From contig JANJGN010000052.1 in NCBI GenBank assembly GCA_026770705.1, positions 3,844,001-3,908,000 on the forward strand: a stretch of 64,000 nucleotides of DNA, in the 5' to 3' direction. This stretch comes from Isurus oxyrinchus (taxonomy: Eukaryota). The position numbers and the translations under genes are program-made. This document shows, piece after piece, positions 1 to 13,364 of the stretch; position 1 is the stretch's first letter; each line of letters begins with the position of its first letter. The notes beneath the pieces are model-generated. The model searched no databases. It was given only the letters and a program-made list of their open reading frames with translations, and had not been told where the DNA came from.

Positions 1-39
1 CTTAGCTTGCTCACTTTTAAACACTTGATTTGTTTTTAG

Positions 40-321
40 ATGCACCACAGGATCTCTCAATTACTTCTCTTGATATGATTAACGCTTCATCGATCAATAT
101 AATTGAGGGGAATTCTGCAGTGATAATCTGCTCTGTCGAGAGCTTCCCAGCTTCTAACCTGACGTGGCGACATCTTAATGTCCCAATGAACAGAACAAGT
201 TCCAACAATGAGCTGTGGTTGGTGATTCCTCACGTTACATCCAGGGACACTGGAGACTATCAGTGTGTGGCAGAGAATGAACATGGAGCAGTGGAGGGAT
301 TCATAACCATCACTGTGGAAT
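40..321 (+). CDS. Gene A C2-set Ig exon (282 nt, phase 1-1)
   Basis: tttttag|ATGCACCA...GTGGAAT|gtgagt; encodes APQDLSITSL...CSVESFPASNLTW...DTGDYQCVAENEHG. Confidence 0.92.
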
Positions 322-358
322 GTGAGTTAACACAAACTTCAACATTACTCTCACATAT

Positions 359-389
<31 letters not shown>

Positions 390-3300
390 GACACGTGCAC
401 ACAAACAAGCATTCATGTGCAATCCCACATGTGCACAGGTGTGCACGCCTGCATGCTCACACACAGAAGCATACATACAGAATCACACGTGTGCTTGCTC
501 ACACACACACAGACATGAGTGAGTTGTCTGTTCTCCCTGTGCTGCACTGGAGTGTTGCTCCAGATTCTGCTCTGAAACACTGACGACATCAGCTGAACAA
601 GACCCTGTATTGGACGAGCAGCCCCCTGCACAGAGAATTGTAGGTTTATCACTCAATACCCCATTATTCTAAAGCAATTCCTCCACTGTCAAATCCCTGT
701 GAACCTCCTGATGATGTGAAAGACACTTTCTTTTCTTCTAGCCCGACAGTGTCTCCTCTGGTGGAAGGCTGTAATTACAGCGTGACAGTTTACATATCCA
801 CATGCAGCAAGAGCTGAACAACACTCAGCTTGGGCTGAGACAATTAATGCATCACAAGCACCAGGCAGTGATCATGTCCAACAAGAGAGAATCTAACCAT
901 CTCCCCTTGATGTTCAGTGAGTTTACTATCACTGAATCCCCCACAATCAACATCCTGGGGGATGTTAACCAAACTACTAACTGGACCGGCCAATAAAACT
1001 GTGGCTATAGGAGCCGGTCAGAGGCTGGGAATTCTGTGGGGGTGAAAAACTCACCACCACCTCCTCAAAGGCAATTAGGGATGGGTAATAAATGCTGGTC
1101 TAGATAGATACATCCACTTCCCATGAATGTACAAAAAGAAAAACACCGGCAGTGACCATTATAAAAGTTGACATAGGAACTTAAAACAGGAAAGAAACCT
1201 TGAAATGCACATAGACACCAAATAGAGAGAGATGTATCATGGAGTCTTGCTGTGCACTGTGTTTGCTCACAATGAAACCTTTATTTGTATTTAGATGCAC
1301 CACGGAACCTATCAATTACTTCTCTTGATATGATTAACGCTTCATCGATCAATATAATTGAGGGGAATTCTGCAGTGATAATCTGCTCTGTCGAGAGCTT
1401 CCCAGCTTCTAACCTGACGTGGCGACATCTTAATGTCCCAATGAACAGAACAAGTTCCAACAATGAGCTGTGGTTGGTGATTCCTCACGTTACATCCAGG
1501 GACACTGGAGACTATCAGTGTGTGGCAGAGAATGAACATGGAGCAGTGGAGGGGTTCATAACCATCACTGTGGAACGTGAGTTANNNNNNNNNNNNNNNN
1601 NNNNNNNNNNNNNNNNNNNNNNNNNNNNNNNNNNNNNNNNNNNNNNNNNNNNNNNNNNNNNNNNNNNNNNNNNNNNNNNNNNNNNNNNNNNNNNNNNNNN
1701 NNNNNNNNNNNNNNNNNNNNNNNNNNNNNNNNNNNNNNNNNNNNNNNNNNNNNNNNNNNNNNNNNNNNNNNNNNNNNNNNNNNNNNCATACACATGCACA
1801 CACTCACTCATGCACAGATGTATACAAACAGGCACACGCACACATGCGCATACACACACACACGCACACATAAACATACTCACTAGAGCAAAAACACAAA
1901 CACACAAAAACACACAAACACAAACACATGTGTGAGTTCCCTGTCCTCTCTCAGTGCTGCACTGGAGTCTCGGTATCAGCTCCGATTCTGTGTTGAAGGA
2001 AGGTAAACTCCAGATCAACAAGACCCTGAATTGGATGAGCAACCTCCTGAACAGAGAATTGTAGATTTACCCCTCAGTGCTCCATCAATCAAATACAATC
2101 ATTGCCTGTCAAGCCCTTGGGTATATCCTGAGGATGTGAAAGTTTCTTTCATTCTAGGTGGACAGCACCTCTACTGCAGTTTGACTGTTTACATAGGCAG
2201 TGCCCATTATAAATTTGACAGTGGAAGTTATATGGAGGGAAGGTATCTGGAAATGCATACAGACATCAGATACAGAGAGATGATGCATGGAGTCTAGCTG
2301 TAAACTGTGCTTGCTCACATTAAACACTTGATTTGTTCTTAGATGCTCCACAGAATCTCTCATTTACTTCTCTTGATATGATTAACGCTTCATCGATCAA
2401 TATAATTGAGGGGAATTCTACAATGATAATCTGCTCTGTCGAGAGCTTCCCAGCTTCTAACCTGACGTGGCGACATCTTAATGTCCCAATGAACAGAACA
2501 AGTTCCAACAATGAGCTGTGGTTGGTGATTCCTCACGTTACATCCAGGGACACTGGAGACTATCAGTGTGTGGCAGAGAATGAACATGGAGCAGTGGAGG
2601 GGTTCATAACCATCACTGTGGAATGTGAGTGTGGAGATACATTTGTTTGTTTGTTGTCTCCGTGGTCTCCGTGGAGCCATTGGGATCGTGTTGTTTTTAA
2701 TCCAGTTTTCTTCAATCCTCGCTCAGTCCACGTTATCCACACACCCAATTTTTCCTCTCCCTTTCTGTTTTTGCTCTCAGTTTCTCCTTCAATGGTTGTG
2801 AGGACAAGGCTGTCAGGTCTTCGTTTCCAATCTCCGTACTTGACGACCTTTCTCTCTCTAACTGTCCTGAACAACCCTTTTAATTGCTGAACTTCTCATT
2901 CTTTAATTGATAAATATTATATATTAATGTTACATGGATTACTTTGAAATGCAATACCTGTATTCATAAATTGCTTAGAAATTACTAAACATTCAACAGC
3001 CAGTGAAGCATTATCGAAGTGAGCTCACTGTTCTAATGTAGGAAACACAGGTACTGATTTGTGCACAGCAAGATCCCGCAAACCACCATGTGATAATGAG
3101 CTGATAGTCGATTATTTCAGTGAGGTTGGTTGTTACATGTGTAGAGACTACATACCCTTTAGGGAGGGAAGCATGTCTCGATGTGGATGTGACTCCAGTC
3201 TCAAACACCAACATGGTTAACTCTTACCTGCCCTCTGAACTGGTCTCCCAGTTTGGGACAAACCAGTGGTTCAGGAGGAATACCCCCCACCACCTTCTCA

Positions 3301-5794
3301 AGGGAAACTAGGGATGGACAATAAATGTCAGCATTGCCCGAGAATGAGTATTTAAACACTGAGTGAGTGTATCGCTTCTCGAGATACATCGGAGCATCAT
3401 TGTAAACCTGTAGTGCAGTAATTAATGGCTGTTTTTACAGGTAGAGACTCCAGTAAATGGACAGTAGGATTGTTCACGGCTGGGATCATGTTGAGTGTTT
3501 TCCTGGCTGGAATCTTCATCTTCATCTGTGTGAGAAAGTAAGTCTGAAGATTTAACTTGATTTTAATATAAACATTTGCTTCAATGTTCTATCCTTAAGT
3601 CGGTGATTGTTTCCCTTGGGAGCAGCACCAGGTCCCTCTCTGTAAGTGGTCCCTGTGTCCACTCTGATCCGGAGAGAACCTTTCATTGTCCTGTATCCAG
3701 GTAAACAATCACGAGACCCAGAGATTCCTCACTCTGCACGATTACTCCTGGATAAATATTTGCTTCAATGTTCTTTCCTGAAGTCGGTGATTGTTTCCCT
3801 TGTGTTAAGCGCTAGATGCCTCTCCGTAACTGGTCTCTTTTGTCCCTTACGATCCAGACAGTGTTTTTCATTGCCCGTTATCCAGATGAATAATAATCAG
3901 TTGCTGTGATCTGGAAGGTGCTGCCTGAAAGGGCGCTGGAAGCAGATTTAATAGGATCTTTCAAAAGGGGAATTGGATAAATACTTGAAGGGGGAACATT
4001 TGAAGGGCTATGGGGGGAAGAGCAGGGGTGGAGGGGGGGTCAAAGATATGGCGTGTCATTATAATGATATTATACCTTAGGCTTATTTATTGTACAAGAA
4101 ACAAAGCACCAATCGCTCACAGGGATTGGGTGAGAATGTTAATGATTTGTTTATCAAGACTCGGCACGAGAACAGTTATACATATGGAGAAAGATTGAAG
4201 GCATCAGAGCCATGAGTGTGTGTTCTGCTCAAAGCAAAAGTCAAACTAAGATTGGATCACATGACACACTTCCATTATAGTGATGTCACGCTGATACCCC
4301 TTATTGGAACTAGAGACAGTCCATTCGTTGGTGTAAGGTTACACTGGGCTCTGTGTCTGTGCTGCACTGACTCTCTGCTATATGATAACCACAGTGTGAT
4401 ATTGTGTTATTGCAGGAGAAAGACAGCGATGGAGGAGAGAGTTTCAGGGACCAGTGACATTGTATTGACCCCCAGTCCACTCTCTGTGAAGCACCAGGTA
4501 CAGGAGCTGTTTACACTCACTCCAAAGCTTCTATCTCAGTGTGTAGACAACACATGTCCCAGATTCCCAGCCAGGTTACCCACAGATATCTAACTGTGTA
4601 GTCAGATATGGCTCAGTATGTAGCATTGTCTCTCGCTCCCTCCCCCTCTTCCCTCCATCACTCGCTCTTTGACCAGAAACCTGAACGCAATAATGACAAG
4701 GCACCTGATGTCAGTAGTGAGGGAGTGCTGCACTGTCCTAGGGTCTGTGCTGAGGGAGTGCTGGAGTGTCAGAAGGTCAGTACTGAGGGAGTGTTGCACT
4801 GTCAGAGGGTCTGTACTGAGGGAGAGCTAGACTGTCAGAGGGTCAGTACTGAGGGAGTGCTGCGCTGTCATAGGGTCAGTACTGAGGGAGTGCTGGACTG
4901 TCGGACGGTCAGTACCGAGGGAGTGCTGCACTGTCGGAGGGTCAGTACTGAGGGAGTGCTGCACTGTCGGATGGTCAGTACTGAGGACAGTACTGAGTGA
5001 GTGCTGCACTGTCAAAGAGTCCATTTGCAAGGGGTGCTGCCCTCTTGAAGGGGCAGTTCCGAGGGAGTGCTGCACTGTCAGCAGAGAGCACTGAGAGAAC
5101 ATTGCAGTGTTCGAGGTGCCTCTTTCAGAATAGTTGTATAATGCTGACCATGTTTACCATCTTATCTGGTCCCATGGCCACATTTCCAACACTGTAGCAG
5201 TGTCTCCCTTCAATAAAATTCCTTCATTGGCGTGAGGTTCTTTGTGTGTCTGTGTTTGTGAATAATGGGGCACAAATCTCATGATTGGGATGGTAACATA
5301 GGACTTCAAGACTCAGGTCTGCGATAGCGAGAGAGATTACATGATAAATAGAGAGAGAAAGCAAGAGAGAGAGAGAGAAAGAGAGACAGAGAAAGAGATT
5401 GAAAAAAAGGAGACAGAGAAAGAGAGTGAAAAAGAGGGTTAAACCCATTGAGACATGACTGACAGTAACGAGGCTGCAGAATAACTTAACCCTATCAGTG
5501 CCAGTAAATGATGTGAGGATGTCTTCTGTTTCTATTTCTCTGTAGGGTAAACAGAACGTGCTGATTACTGAGCCCCGGAACACAACCAGAGACACAACTA
5601 GTGAGGGGGAGACCCCAGCTCCCCGGGGTCTCTCTGAAGGTCCAGTGGGAGGCGATGTTGGACATGGGAACCCCGACAAACCCGACGAGCTTTTCTACGC
5701 CAACATCAACTTTTCAAAGCTGCCCAGCGGTGACAGGACTGTGCACAGGAGCGAGGACACGGAATACGCACAGATCAGGTTCCAGAAAAACTGA
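40..5794 (+). CDS. Siglec-like inhibitory receptor, gene A, 3' part (5' end upstream of window). Exons 40-321, 1295-1576, 2343-2624 (C2-Ig), 3441-3537 (TM), 4416-4497 (cyto1), 5546-5794 (cyto2, ITIM+ITSM)
   Basis: All exons have AG/GT boundaries and compatible phases (1-1, 1-1, 1-1, 1-2, 2-0, 0-stop). The spliced frame is open. C2 exons have C...W...DTGDYQC and join as VE(Y/H)AP, as in CD22/MAG/Siglecs. Confidence 0.9.
790..1145 (+). mobile_element. Non-LTR retrotransposon (shark HER1-like, CR1/L2 group) 3' fragment
   Basis: Degenerate RT-end ORF (ESPTINILG...NWT) and a 3' tail 'ggcaattagggatgggtaataaatgctgg' shared with many copies in the window; mirrored at 55615-55980. Confidence 0.65.
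1295..1576 (+). CDS. Gene A C2-set Ig exon (282 nt, phase 1-1)
   Basis: Near-identical copy of 40-321 with canonical splice sites. Confidence 0.92.
2343..2624 (+). CDS. Gene A membrane-proximal C2-set Ig exon (282 nt)
   Basis: Near-identical copy with canonical splice sites; carries the NSTM variant. Confidence 0.92.
3441..3537 (+). CDS. Gene A transmembrane exon
   Basis: tttacag|GTAGAGAC...AGAAA|gtaagt; RDSSKWTVGLFTAGIMLSVFLAGIFIFICVRK is an uncharged hydrophobic helix followed by basic residues. Confidence 0.9.
4416..4497 (+). CDS. Gene A cytoplasmic exon 1
   Basis: ttgcag|G AGA AAG...CAC CAG|gtacag; phase 2-0 bridges the TM and last exon exactly (RKTAMEERVSGTSDIVLTPSPLSVKHQ). Confidence 0.8.
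4705..5090 (-). repeat. 33-bp minisatellite (ctccctcagtactgaccctccgacagtgcagca)n
   Basis: Tandem units visible in reverse orientation. Confidence 0.85.
5546..5794 (+). CDS. Gene A terminal exon with ITIM (LFYANI) and ITSM/ITIM-like (TEYAQI) motifs
   Basis: tgtag|GGTAAA, phase 0; ends ELFYANINFSKLPSGDRTVHRSEDTEYAQIRFQKN*, the same layout as CD33-related Siglec tails (LHYASL/TEYSEI). Confidence 0.9.
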   Translation, partial: GKQNVLITEPRNTTRDTTSEGETPAPRGLSEGPVGGDVGHGNPDKPDELFYANINFSKLPSGDRTVHRSEDTEYAQIRFQKN

Positions 5795-5984
5795 GTGTGA
5801 AACAGGGAGCGGGGCTGTGGGGTGTGTGCAGCCAACATGGCCAAATAGTAATGAACACAAATATGATGTTGCTCAACTTTTTTTTATTGGTTTTAACTGA
5901 GCTTTCTGAATGCTGCACCTTTTTCCATGCTGTAAAAGATTGTGAGAAGCTTATGAATTATGTATAATTTTACATCTGTTAATA

Positions 5985-7240
5985 CAAGGTGAGGTGAGAG
6001 TGACTGCCTTTGACATCAAGGCTGCATTTGACCGAGTGTGGCATCTAGGATCCCGAGTAAAACTGGAGTCAATGGGAATCAGGGGTGGTGCGAAAGTATA
6101 ATAATTTGCTTAATATTTTCCTGGTTTGTTGTAAACTAGGTTTATGGGTGTGAGTGTAGATGGGTCTGTCTGTGTAGTTTAATTACATCTGGAGACAGGT
6201 AGACTGCAAGTTTGAGATTATCAAAAGAAGCTAGATGTAGAAATGTACTTGAAATGCTAATGAGAACACATGGAGGCTGCCTTAGCATGTAAGGTGTGAA
6301 GGGGTTGTTTAGATTTCAAAGGGATATTGGTCTGTTTAGGACAAGCCCAATAAGCAAAGCTAAGGAGTTTTTTTTTAATTTTACCCAAACTTCATTGACA
6401 ATATTGGCAACATGAAAGTTTATATTATGGGAAAGGTACAGTTCCAAAGAATTTACACATGAAAGAGAGAGAAACATGTATAAAGGAGAATGAAAGGCTA
6501 TGTTGGGGGCCATGTAAGATCTAACAGGAGTGTGTGAAACAGGCTTGAAGAAGCCTCCAGGCATTTGTGCATAAGTCTGTTATGTTCAGTAAATAAAGTT
6601 GGAGAAACCCATTTAGAATTCCAGTGTCAAGTGTGTGCTGTGTTAACTCGCTGGATTTGTTTTTAATCTAAAATCTTATTTTGGACTGTTGCCTTAAAAG
6701 GGGTATGTAACTGGGAGTCAGGTTAATTAGGAATTTGAGAATATATTTTAGCTGTAACTAACCGTGGTATTATGTCTGTGCTTGAAATCTTTTATTTTGT
6801 TAATAAATATCTTAATTGAATTTTTAAAATCTCTAAAGGTTGTGGTCAACTCATTACTCCTGAATTCAGTGCACGCTTCTTGTAATAAATACAAATTGCA
6901 AAACTATTGTGATAGCGTGACCAATTTTCTCTTGTGGATTTGGAGCACCAAGCACACATCATCTGCCATGTCATGTCACAGGGAAAACTCTCCACTCGTT
7001 GGATTCATACCAAGTACAAAGGAAGGTGGTTGTGGTTTTTGGAGGACAGTCATCTCCGTTCCAGGACTGTCGTTGGGTCAGAATCCTGCAACACCCTCCC
7101 AAACAGTTCTGTGGGTGTACATACACCACAGAGACTGCAGCAGTTCAAGAAGGCACCTCATCCCCATATTCTCAAGGACAATTAGGGATGGGCAATAAAT
7201 TCTGGCCTAGCCAGTGTCAGTGAATAAATACAAAAAAGCA
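5985..7240 (+). mobile_element. HER1-like LINE fragment inserted in the gene A 3' region, itself interrupted by a solo LTR
   Basis: RT-like 'gacatcaaggctgcatttgaccgagtgtggcat' at ~6012, resumes at 6981 (gggaaaactctccac) and ends in the LINE tail at ~7180-7238. Confidence 0.65.
6086..6980 (+). mobile_element. Putative solo LTR (~895 bp)
   Basis: TG...CA termini, internal AATAAA, flanks gggg/ggga; cleanly splits the LINE sequence ggaatcagggg|aaaactctcc. Confidence 0.55.
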
Positions 7241-7644
7241 ATTAAAATGCCCTGACATTTCTGTACATTTTTATCAAATTAAATACGTACTCTAGTGAAT
7301 AATTCCATTCTCCAAGGCACCACTTCCTGTTGTCACATGTCCTTCTGATTATTTAAATTCCTGTGTCATTGGTAATGGAACATTCCCATGTAAACATGTC
7401 ACACTGTAATTACAGCCTCCTACCAGCGGTGGTGCTTTAGTGTCCTAGTTTTGCTTCTCAGAGACTGGAGGAGCTGGAAACGTTGTGTTTACAATATAAG
7501 TAACACTCAGGAGAGACCAGGGGGATTCTTTTGGCCAAGTTTACGATGTTGCTAAGATACAATGGCCCCGTAGGATTTTTCCTACTGCGTTTACAAGGTT
7601 GAATTGAAGAGATTTTTGAAGTGTCTGGCACAGTTTTATTAAGG

Positions 7645-7855
7645 TCCCCTCACACCCAATCTGGAGTCACTGGGTTCAGTTCTGGGTCCAGCAGCTTAGG
7701 AAGGATATATTGTCCTTGGAGGGGGTGCTGTGCAGAGTCACCAGGATGATCCCGGGGCTGAAAGGGTTAAATCCCGAGGACAGGTTGCACAGACCAGGCT
7801 TGTGTTCCCTCGAGTCTCGAAGATTAAGGGGTGATCTAATCGAGGGGTTTAAGAT
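7645..7855 (+). mobile_element. CR1-like LINE fragment
   Basis: Encodes RMIPGLKGLNPEDRL...LESRRLRGDLIE, typical of the CR1 ORF2 C-terminus. Confidence 0.7.
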
Positions 7856-8524
7856 GAGCCGTCTCTGTGACCTGCTTCAACCCTGTTGGTCAGCAATGAC
7901 AACATGAGTTGATGTTAGCCTGATATGTAGTGCATGGAGGGATATTACTCTCCAGGGTGTGTGTGCATCACAGTGCTCATTCACATGTGTTCCATGTGCA
8001 CCTACATCAGCTGTGTAGACATACAAGCCTCAATGCTGCATCCGGGGAATGTGCCATGTCTCACACCTTAGCTGCAGCACGACCCTTCCCTTGGAGCTCT
8101 GTGTGCTCGAGACCTATTTTGTTATTTTTTCCTGCCGTCTCTGTGTCCCCCGACCCGGGAGTGAAAATCCGGCCTTAACTTCCACTTTCTAGTGTCTGAG
8201 ACAAGAGGCAATGAGTGAGTGGGCTGACGGTCAGGATTAATGCTGTTAATCTGTGTTTGAGGGGCTGTGAATTCTCGGGGGACTAGTTACTCTCTGAGCA
8301 GCAGCTTCCAAATTCTTATTTGATGCCGTGCATGTGGGGTTGGAAGATTCTTTTTAAAACCACAGGCAGTTCACAGAAACCAACAGGAAACCCACAGAGA
8401 GACAGTCACTGGAATACACACTCACTCCTTGTGGTTTCACCTTTTAACCACACCCTGTCTGTGTGGCTTAAATGTTAAACACAGCGGCCACACTCAGGGA
8501 GGTTTCACTCTGTGAAGCGCTTGC

Positions 8525-8960
8525 TCTCTCTCTCTCACAAAAACACACACAGACACACACACACAGACACATACACAGACATACCCATACACACATACTC
8601 ACATACAGAGACACACACACTCACTCACACACACACACAGACACGCACACACACATACACAAACAGACATACACATGCTCACACACATACACAAACACAC
8701 ATACACACGCTCACACACTTACAGACAGACACANNNNNNNNNNNNNNNNNNNNNNNNNNNNNNNNNNNNNNNNNNNNNNNNNNNNNNNNNNNNNNNNNNN
8801 NNNNNNNNNNNNNNNNNNNNNNNNNNNNNNNNNNNNNNNNNNNNNNNNNNNNNNNNNNNNNNNNNNNNNNNNNNNNNNNNNNNNNNAGACAGACACAAAC
8901 ACACTCACATTCTCACACACACACAGACACTCACTTACACACACCCAAACACACACCCAA
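8525..8960. repeat. CA-rich microsatellite region with assembly gap
   Basis: (CA)n-rich sequence flanking an N run. Confidence 0.85.
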
Positions 8961-8982
8961 AGACAATATCCTGACAGCAAAC

Positions 8983-9841
8983 TGTGATTTAGAGCTTCCT
9001 ACAACTTAACTAACTGACCAAAGATGTATTGAACTGTCTAAAAGTGACCTGTTTTGCAAAGAAATACAAGATTGTACACAGATCAAAAATGGCTGACACA
9101 AGTCATCTGATAGCTGATACTGTGAAGTTGATCACTTCTCTGGAAAAGTTCAAATGAATTGCACTGCAGACCTGTTGCAGGAAGGTCACGCCTGGGGTGT
9201 GTCAGGGTTCACTGCAAACAGGGACACTCTTAAAAGGAAAGCATTAAAATGCAAAGTGCTGGACTTTGAGCAGCTGTAGTTCTATCAAAACAGTGGGAAC
9301 TGCTCACCAAGCGGATAATCATCAGCCATTCAAAACCCCCTGTGGAGGATGCAATACCCCCATCACCTGTTGATTTATATCTTGAAATGCATCAAATGTT
9401 TTGGAGATGCAAAGATAAAAAACGTGAATACTTGGCCTTTAACAATGAATGCAAAACATGCTGATTGAATTCCCTTTCAGGAATATACAGACAGGAGTTT
9501 AACAAATGGTTCTGCCAAGCAGATATAAGAGAAAGGAGGAGGAAAAAGAAATGTGGCAGTCATCTAAAAACCCTGCTAGAAAAGAACAGAAATGATTTCT
9601 CCCTCTCTCCCTGTCTCTCTCTCTCTCTCTCTCGCACCTTCTTTCTCTCTCTCTGTCTGAAGCTAACAGAGTGTCTTCAATCATGTGCAAGTCTGAGCCA
9701 GATGAAATACAGGATTCTACAGCAAACCAACTAATTTAAAACAGCTTCAAACTTCACAAACTATGCTGCAGTATGATAACTCTTTGATTTTTTTTTTAAT
9801 TGGGCTCCATAATTATTTTACCTCTGATATCTGTGTGTGTG

Positions 9842-9887
<46 letters not shown>

Positions 9888-10261
9888 CTTCCTGTGTGAG
9901 CGTGTGTGTGTGTCTGTGCCTGTCTGTGTGTGGGTGTCAGTGTGGTGTGTGTCTGTGCTTGTCTGTGTTTGTGTGCGTTTGTGTGTGTATGCGTGTGCAC
10001 CTGTGTGTCTGTGTATGTGGGCCTGCGTGTGAGTGTGTGTATGTGTGCCTGTGTGTGAGCGTGTGTATGTGTGCCTGTGTGTGAGCGTGTGTATGTGTGC
10101 CTGTGTGTGAGCGTGTGTATGTGTGCCTGTGTGTTAGCGTGTGTATGACTTGTTGTGGAAATTGCATTTGGGGGAAACTATATTTTAAACCCTTTTTGCA
10201 ACCAACCATGGGGGTTGAATAGAAAGGGAGCCAGTTCACTGCCCGTCACCCAGTTGTAACA
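8983..10261 (+). mobile_element. Putative LTR-like element with internal (TG)n expansion; second diverged copy at ~11770-12670
   Basis: TG...CA ends; 8990-9760 aligns by eye with 11770-12480; no clear TSD. Confidence 0.4.
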
Positions 10262-10448
10262 ACATTCACACACACACACACTCTCACACACACACACTCT
10301 CACACACACACATTCACACACACCCACATCCCCTTACCCACACACAAACACACACAAACAAAGATAATGTCCCACTGACAGGAAACTGCGACTGAGTGAC
10401 AGCATGTCAGGAATATATAATAATCTCCATAATGTTATTGGAATTTAT

Positions 10449-11769
10449 TGTAAAATAGAGTCCATGTGTCTGTGTCCACATGTGTCTGTGATGTGTTTGT
10501 GTGAGACTTATTGGAATTAGAGGAAGCTGGTCTGGGTGTTTTGATGGAAGAAGAGAAGTTAGGTTTGAACTGTTTATTAGGTAAACATGGGGAAGTTTTA
10601 GAATGTGAAGTGTAAAGGGGGCAATTTGCATTTTAAGTTAAACCAAACGAGATTGTTTTCAAAGACGGAGAGAAATGTGTCACCGAGCCAGGTGAAGATA
10701 AGAAACAGTGTGTTTATTTTTGCCAAAGATTACTGGTAAAACTTAGGGCTATGAGAGATTTGTATTATTACAAAAATAAAGTCCAAAGACATAGTGAAAC
10801 AATGGGAATTTGCATTCAAAGGGGAAAATATGTATCAAGGAGTGAAGACTGTGTGTAAGGGTCGGTGTTTTTAAGATCTTACAATGATGAAAAACCTTCA
10901 GCCTGCATGTACCAAGCTGCTGCCTCCAGGGACTGAAGTTAAGAGAATTCACTTTGAACTCAACTGTTCAGCGTATCGTTTACTGTTCCTGGGACATTTA
11001 AAATCTCTGTCTTTTACTGTTGCCTTAACAGAGATAACAGAGCGTCTTCAACAAAATGCAAATCTGAATCAAATAACCACCAGGATGCCACAGGTAACCA
11101 ATTAACTTTGAACAGCTACAAACTTCAGCAATCTACGCCACAAAGACAAGCAAAGGTATTAATCATATATTCTTTCAAATTTTTGTCGGACTCTAACTTT
11201 TTAATTCTGACGTGTGTAAATGGAAGTTAAATTAATTAAGGGATTTAGAAGTTATTATAGTAGTAATTTATAGACAGATGTGTATGCTTAAAAATCATTT
11301 TTTCTTGTTAATCAATGTTTAATTTAGTTTTATAAAATCCTCTTACACTGAAAAAAGGGTGAACTCTATTGTAAAGTGTTCTGGGACATCCAGAGACCAT
11401 GCTGTACAGAAGAGATTTGACTGGAGTAGCAAGTGTTTTACTTACAGGAGAATGAGTCCCCAGGATTGTAGAGTCAATCCTGTCAGATGAATGACTAACT
11501 GGAGACACTTCAGGGAGCTGATCTAATTCTGGAAATGTTCAGTTTACCAGGATCGGAAGAGAGATGATCTCCCTCTCCTGACTGCATCAGACAAGTGGTG
11601 AACCTGTTGAGGTGAACAGAATTACCTGTTAAACCTCTTAACCTCATTACTACTGAATTCAAAGCCCACATCTCAAAACATACAAGTTGGAAATTAGTTG
11701 TGACAGTTGTTTCAAGTTTCCCTCCAGGATTTGAACAGCTCAGCATTTACCATCTGTTATGTCATAACA
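10449..11769 (+). mobile_element. Putative LTR-like element with a nested ~270-bp insert
   Basis: tgtaaaa...gtcataaca termini; 3' end resembles that of 6086-6980. Confidence 0.35.
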
Positions 11770-13054
11770 GAGCTTCCTTCAACTTAACCAACAAGCCAAA
11801 AATGTATTGAACTGTTTAAAGGAGACCTGTTTTTCAAAAGTACCAGATTAGGCTCTGATCAAAAATGGCTGTCACGAGTCACCTGATTGCTGATACTGCA
11901 AACTTGATCACTTCTCTGGAAAGCTTCAAATGAATTGCACTACAGACATGTTGCATGAAGGTTCTCACTGAGATGTGTCAGGGTCCACTTGAAACTGGGA
12001 CTCCCTTAAAAATGCAAAGTGCTGGGCTTTGATCACTGTAGGTCTATCAAGATAATGGGAACTGCTCACCATGCAGATATTCATCAATCATTCAAAACCC
12101 CTTGTGGAGGATGAAATGTCTCCATCTCCTGTTGATTTATATCTTGAAATGCACCAAATGTTTCAGAGATGCAAAGATCAAAAAATGGGATTACTTGGTC
12201 TGTAACAATGAATGCAAGACATGCTGATCGAATTTCCTTTGGGAATATACAAACAGGAGTTTAGCAACAGGTTCTGTCAAGCAGATATAAGAGAAAGTAG
12301 GAGGAAAAGGAAAGATGGCAGTCACCCAAAAACACTGCTGGAAAAGAGCAGAAATTCTCTCTCTCTCTCTCTCTTTCTGAAGCTAACAGAGCATCTTCAA
12401 CAAGTCCAAATCTGAATCAAATCACCACAAGGATGCCACAGGAAACCAATCAACTTTGCAAACTTCAACAATCTACACCTCGAAGACAAGCAAAGCTATC
12501 AATCATATATTCATTTAAATTTTTATTGGACTCTAACTTTTTATTTCTGACATGTGTGTGTGTGTGTGGCTGTCTCTCTGCCTGTCTGTGTGAGCATGAG
12601 TGTGTCTGCCTGCGCGAGCGTGTGTCAGTGTGAACATATGTGAGTGTGTGTGTGTGTCTGAGTGAGTCTATGTNNNNNNNNNNNNNNNNNNNNNNNNNNN
12701 NNNNNNNNNNNNNNNNNNNNNNNNNNNNNNNNNNNNNNNNNNNNNNNNNNNNNNNNNNNNNNNNNNNNNNNNNNNNNNNNNNNNNNNNNNNNNNNNNNNN
12801 NNNNNNNNNNNNNNNNNNNNNNNNNNNNNNNNNNNNTATTGTTGCATCTTAATTATTAATGTTATTTAAAAATAGTGATCACACAAGCCTGGTTTCTAAG
12901 GAAATGAAACTGCCAACAATTTAGAGTAAAGTGAAACGTACAGGAATAATCTATTTATTTTGAGCTGATGATATATAATTATACATGAGGCATGTTGCTA
13001 ATTTCAAACATCATCTGAAATATGGCAGGTCTGACAGAGCAGCTTTCCCTCAGC

Positions 13055-13290
13055 GCTCACCCTCCGACAGTGCAGCACTCCCTCAGTACTGACCCTCTGA
13101 CAGTGCAGCACTCCCTCAGTACTGACCCTCCGACAGTTCAGCACTGCCTCAGTACTGACCCTTTGATCGAGCAGGGTCTCCCTCAGTACTGACCTCCTGA
13201 CAGTGCAGCACTCCCTCAGTACTCACCCTCTGACAGTGCAGCACTCCCTCAATATTGACCTTCCAACAGTGCAGCACTCCCTCAGCACTC
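13055..13290 (+). repeat. 33-bp minisatellite
   Basis: Tandem cagtactgaccct...gcagcactccct units. Confidence 0.85.
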
Positions 13291-13364
13291 CCTCACTGGG
13301 GAGAGTCCATCTGGTTTTGAGCTGTAACCTTGAGACGGTTTGAAAACCCCAACCTGCTGTCTTG

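Noticed and set aside
17-284. Recurrent antisense ORFs MLELVLFIG… and MFILCHTL…
   Set aside because: Shadows of the near-identical C2 exon on the opposite strand.
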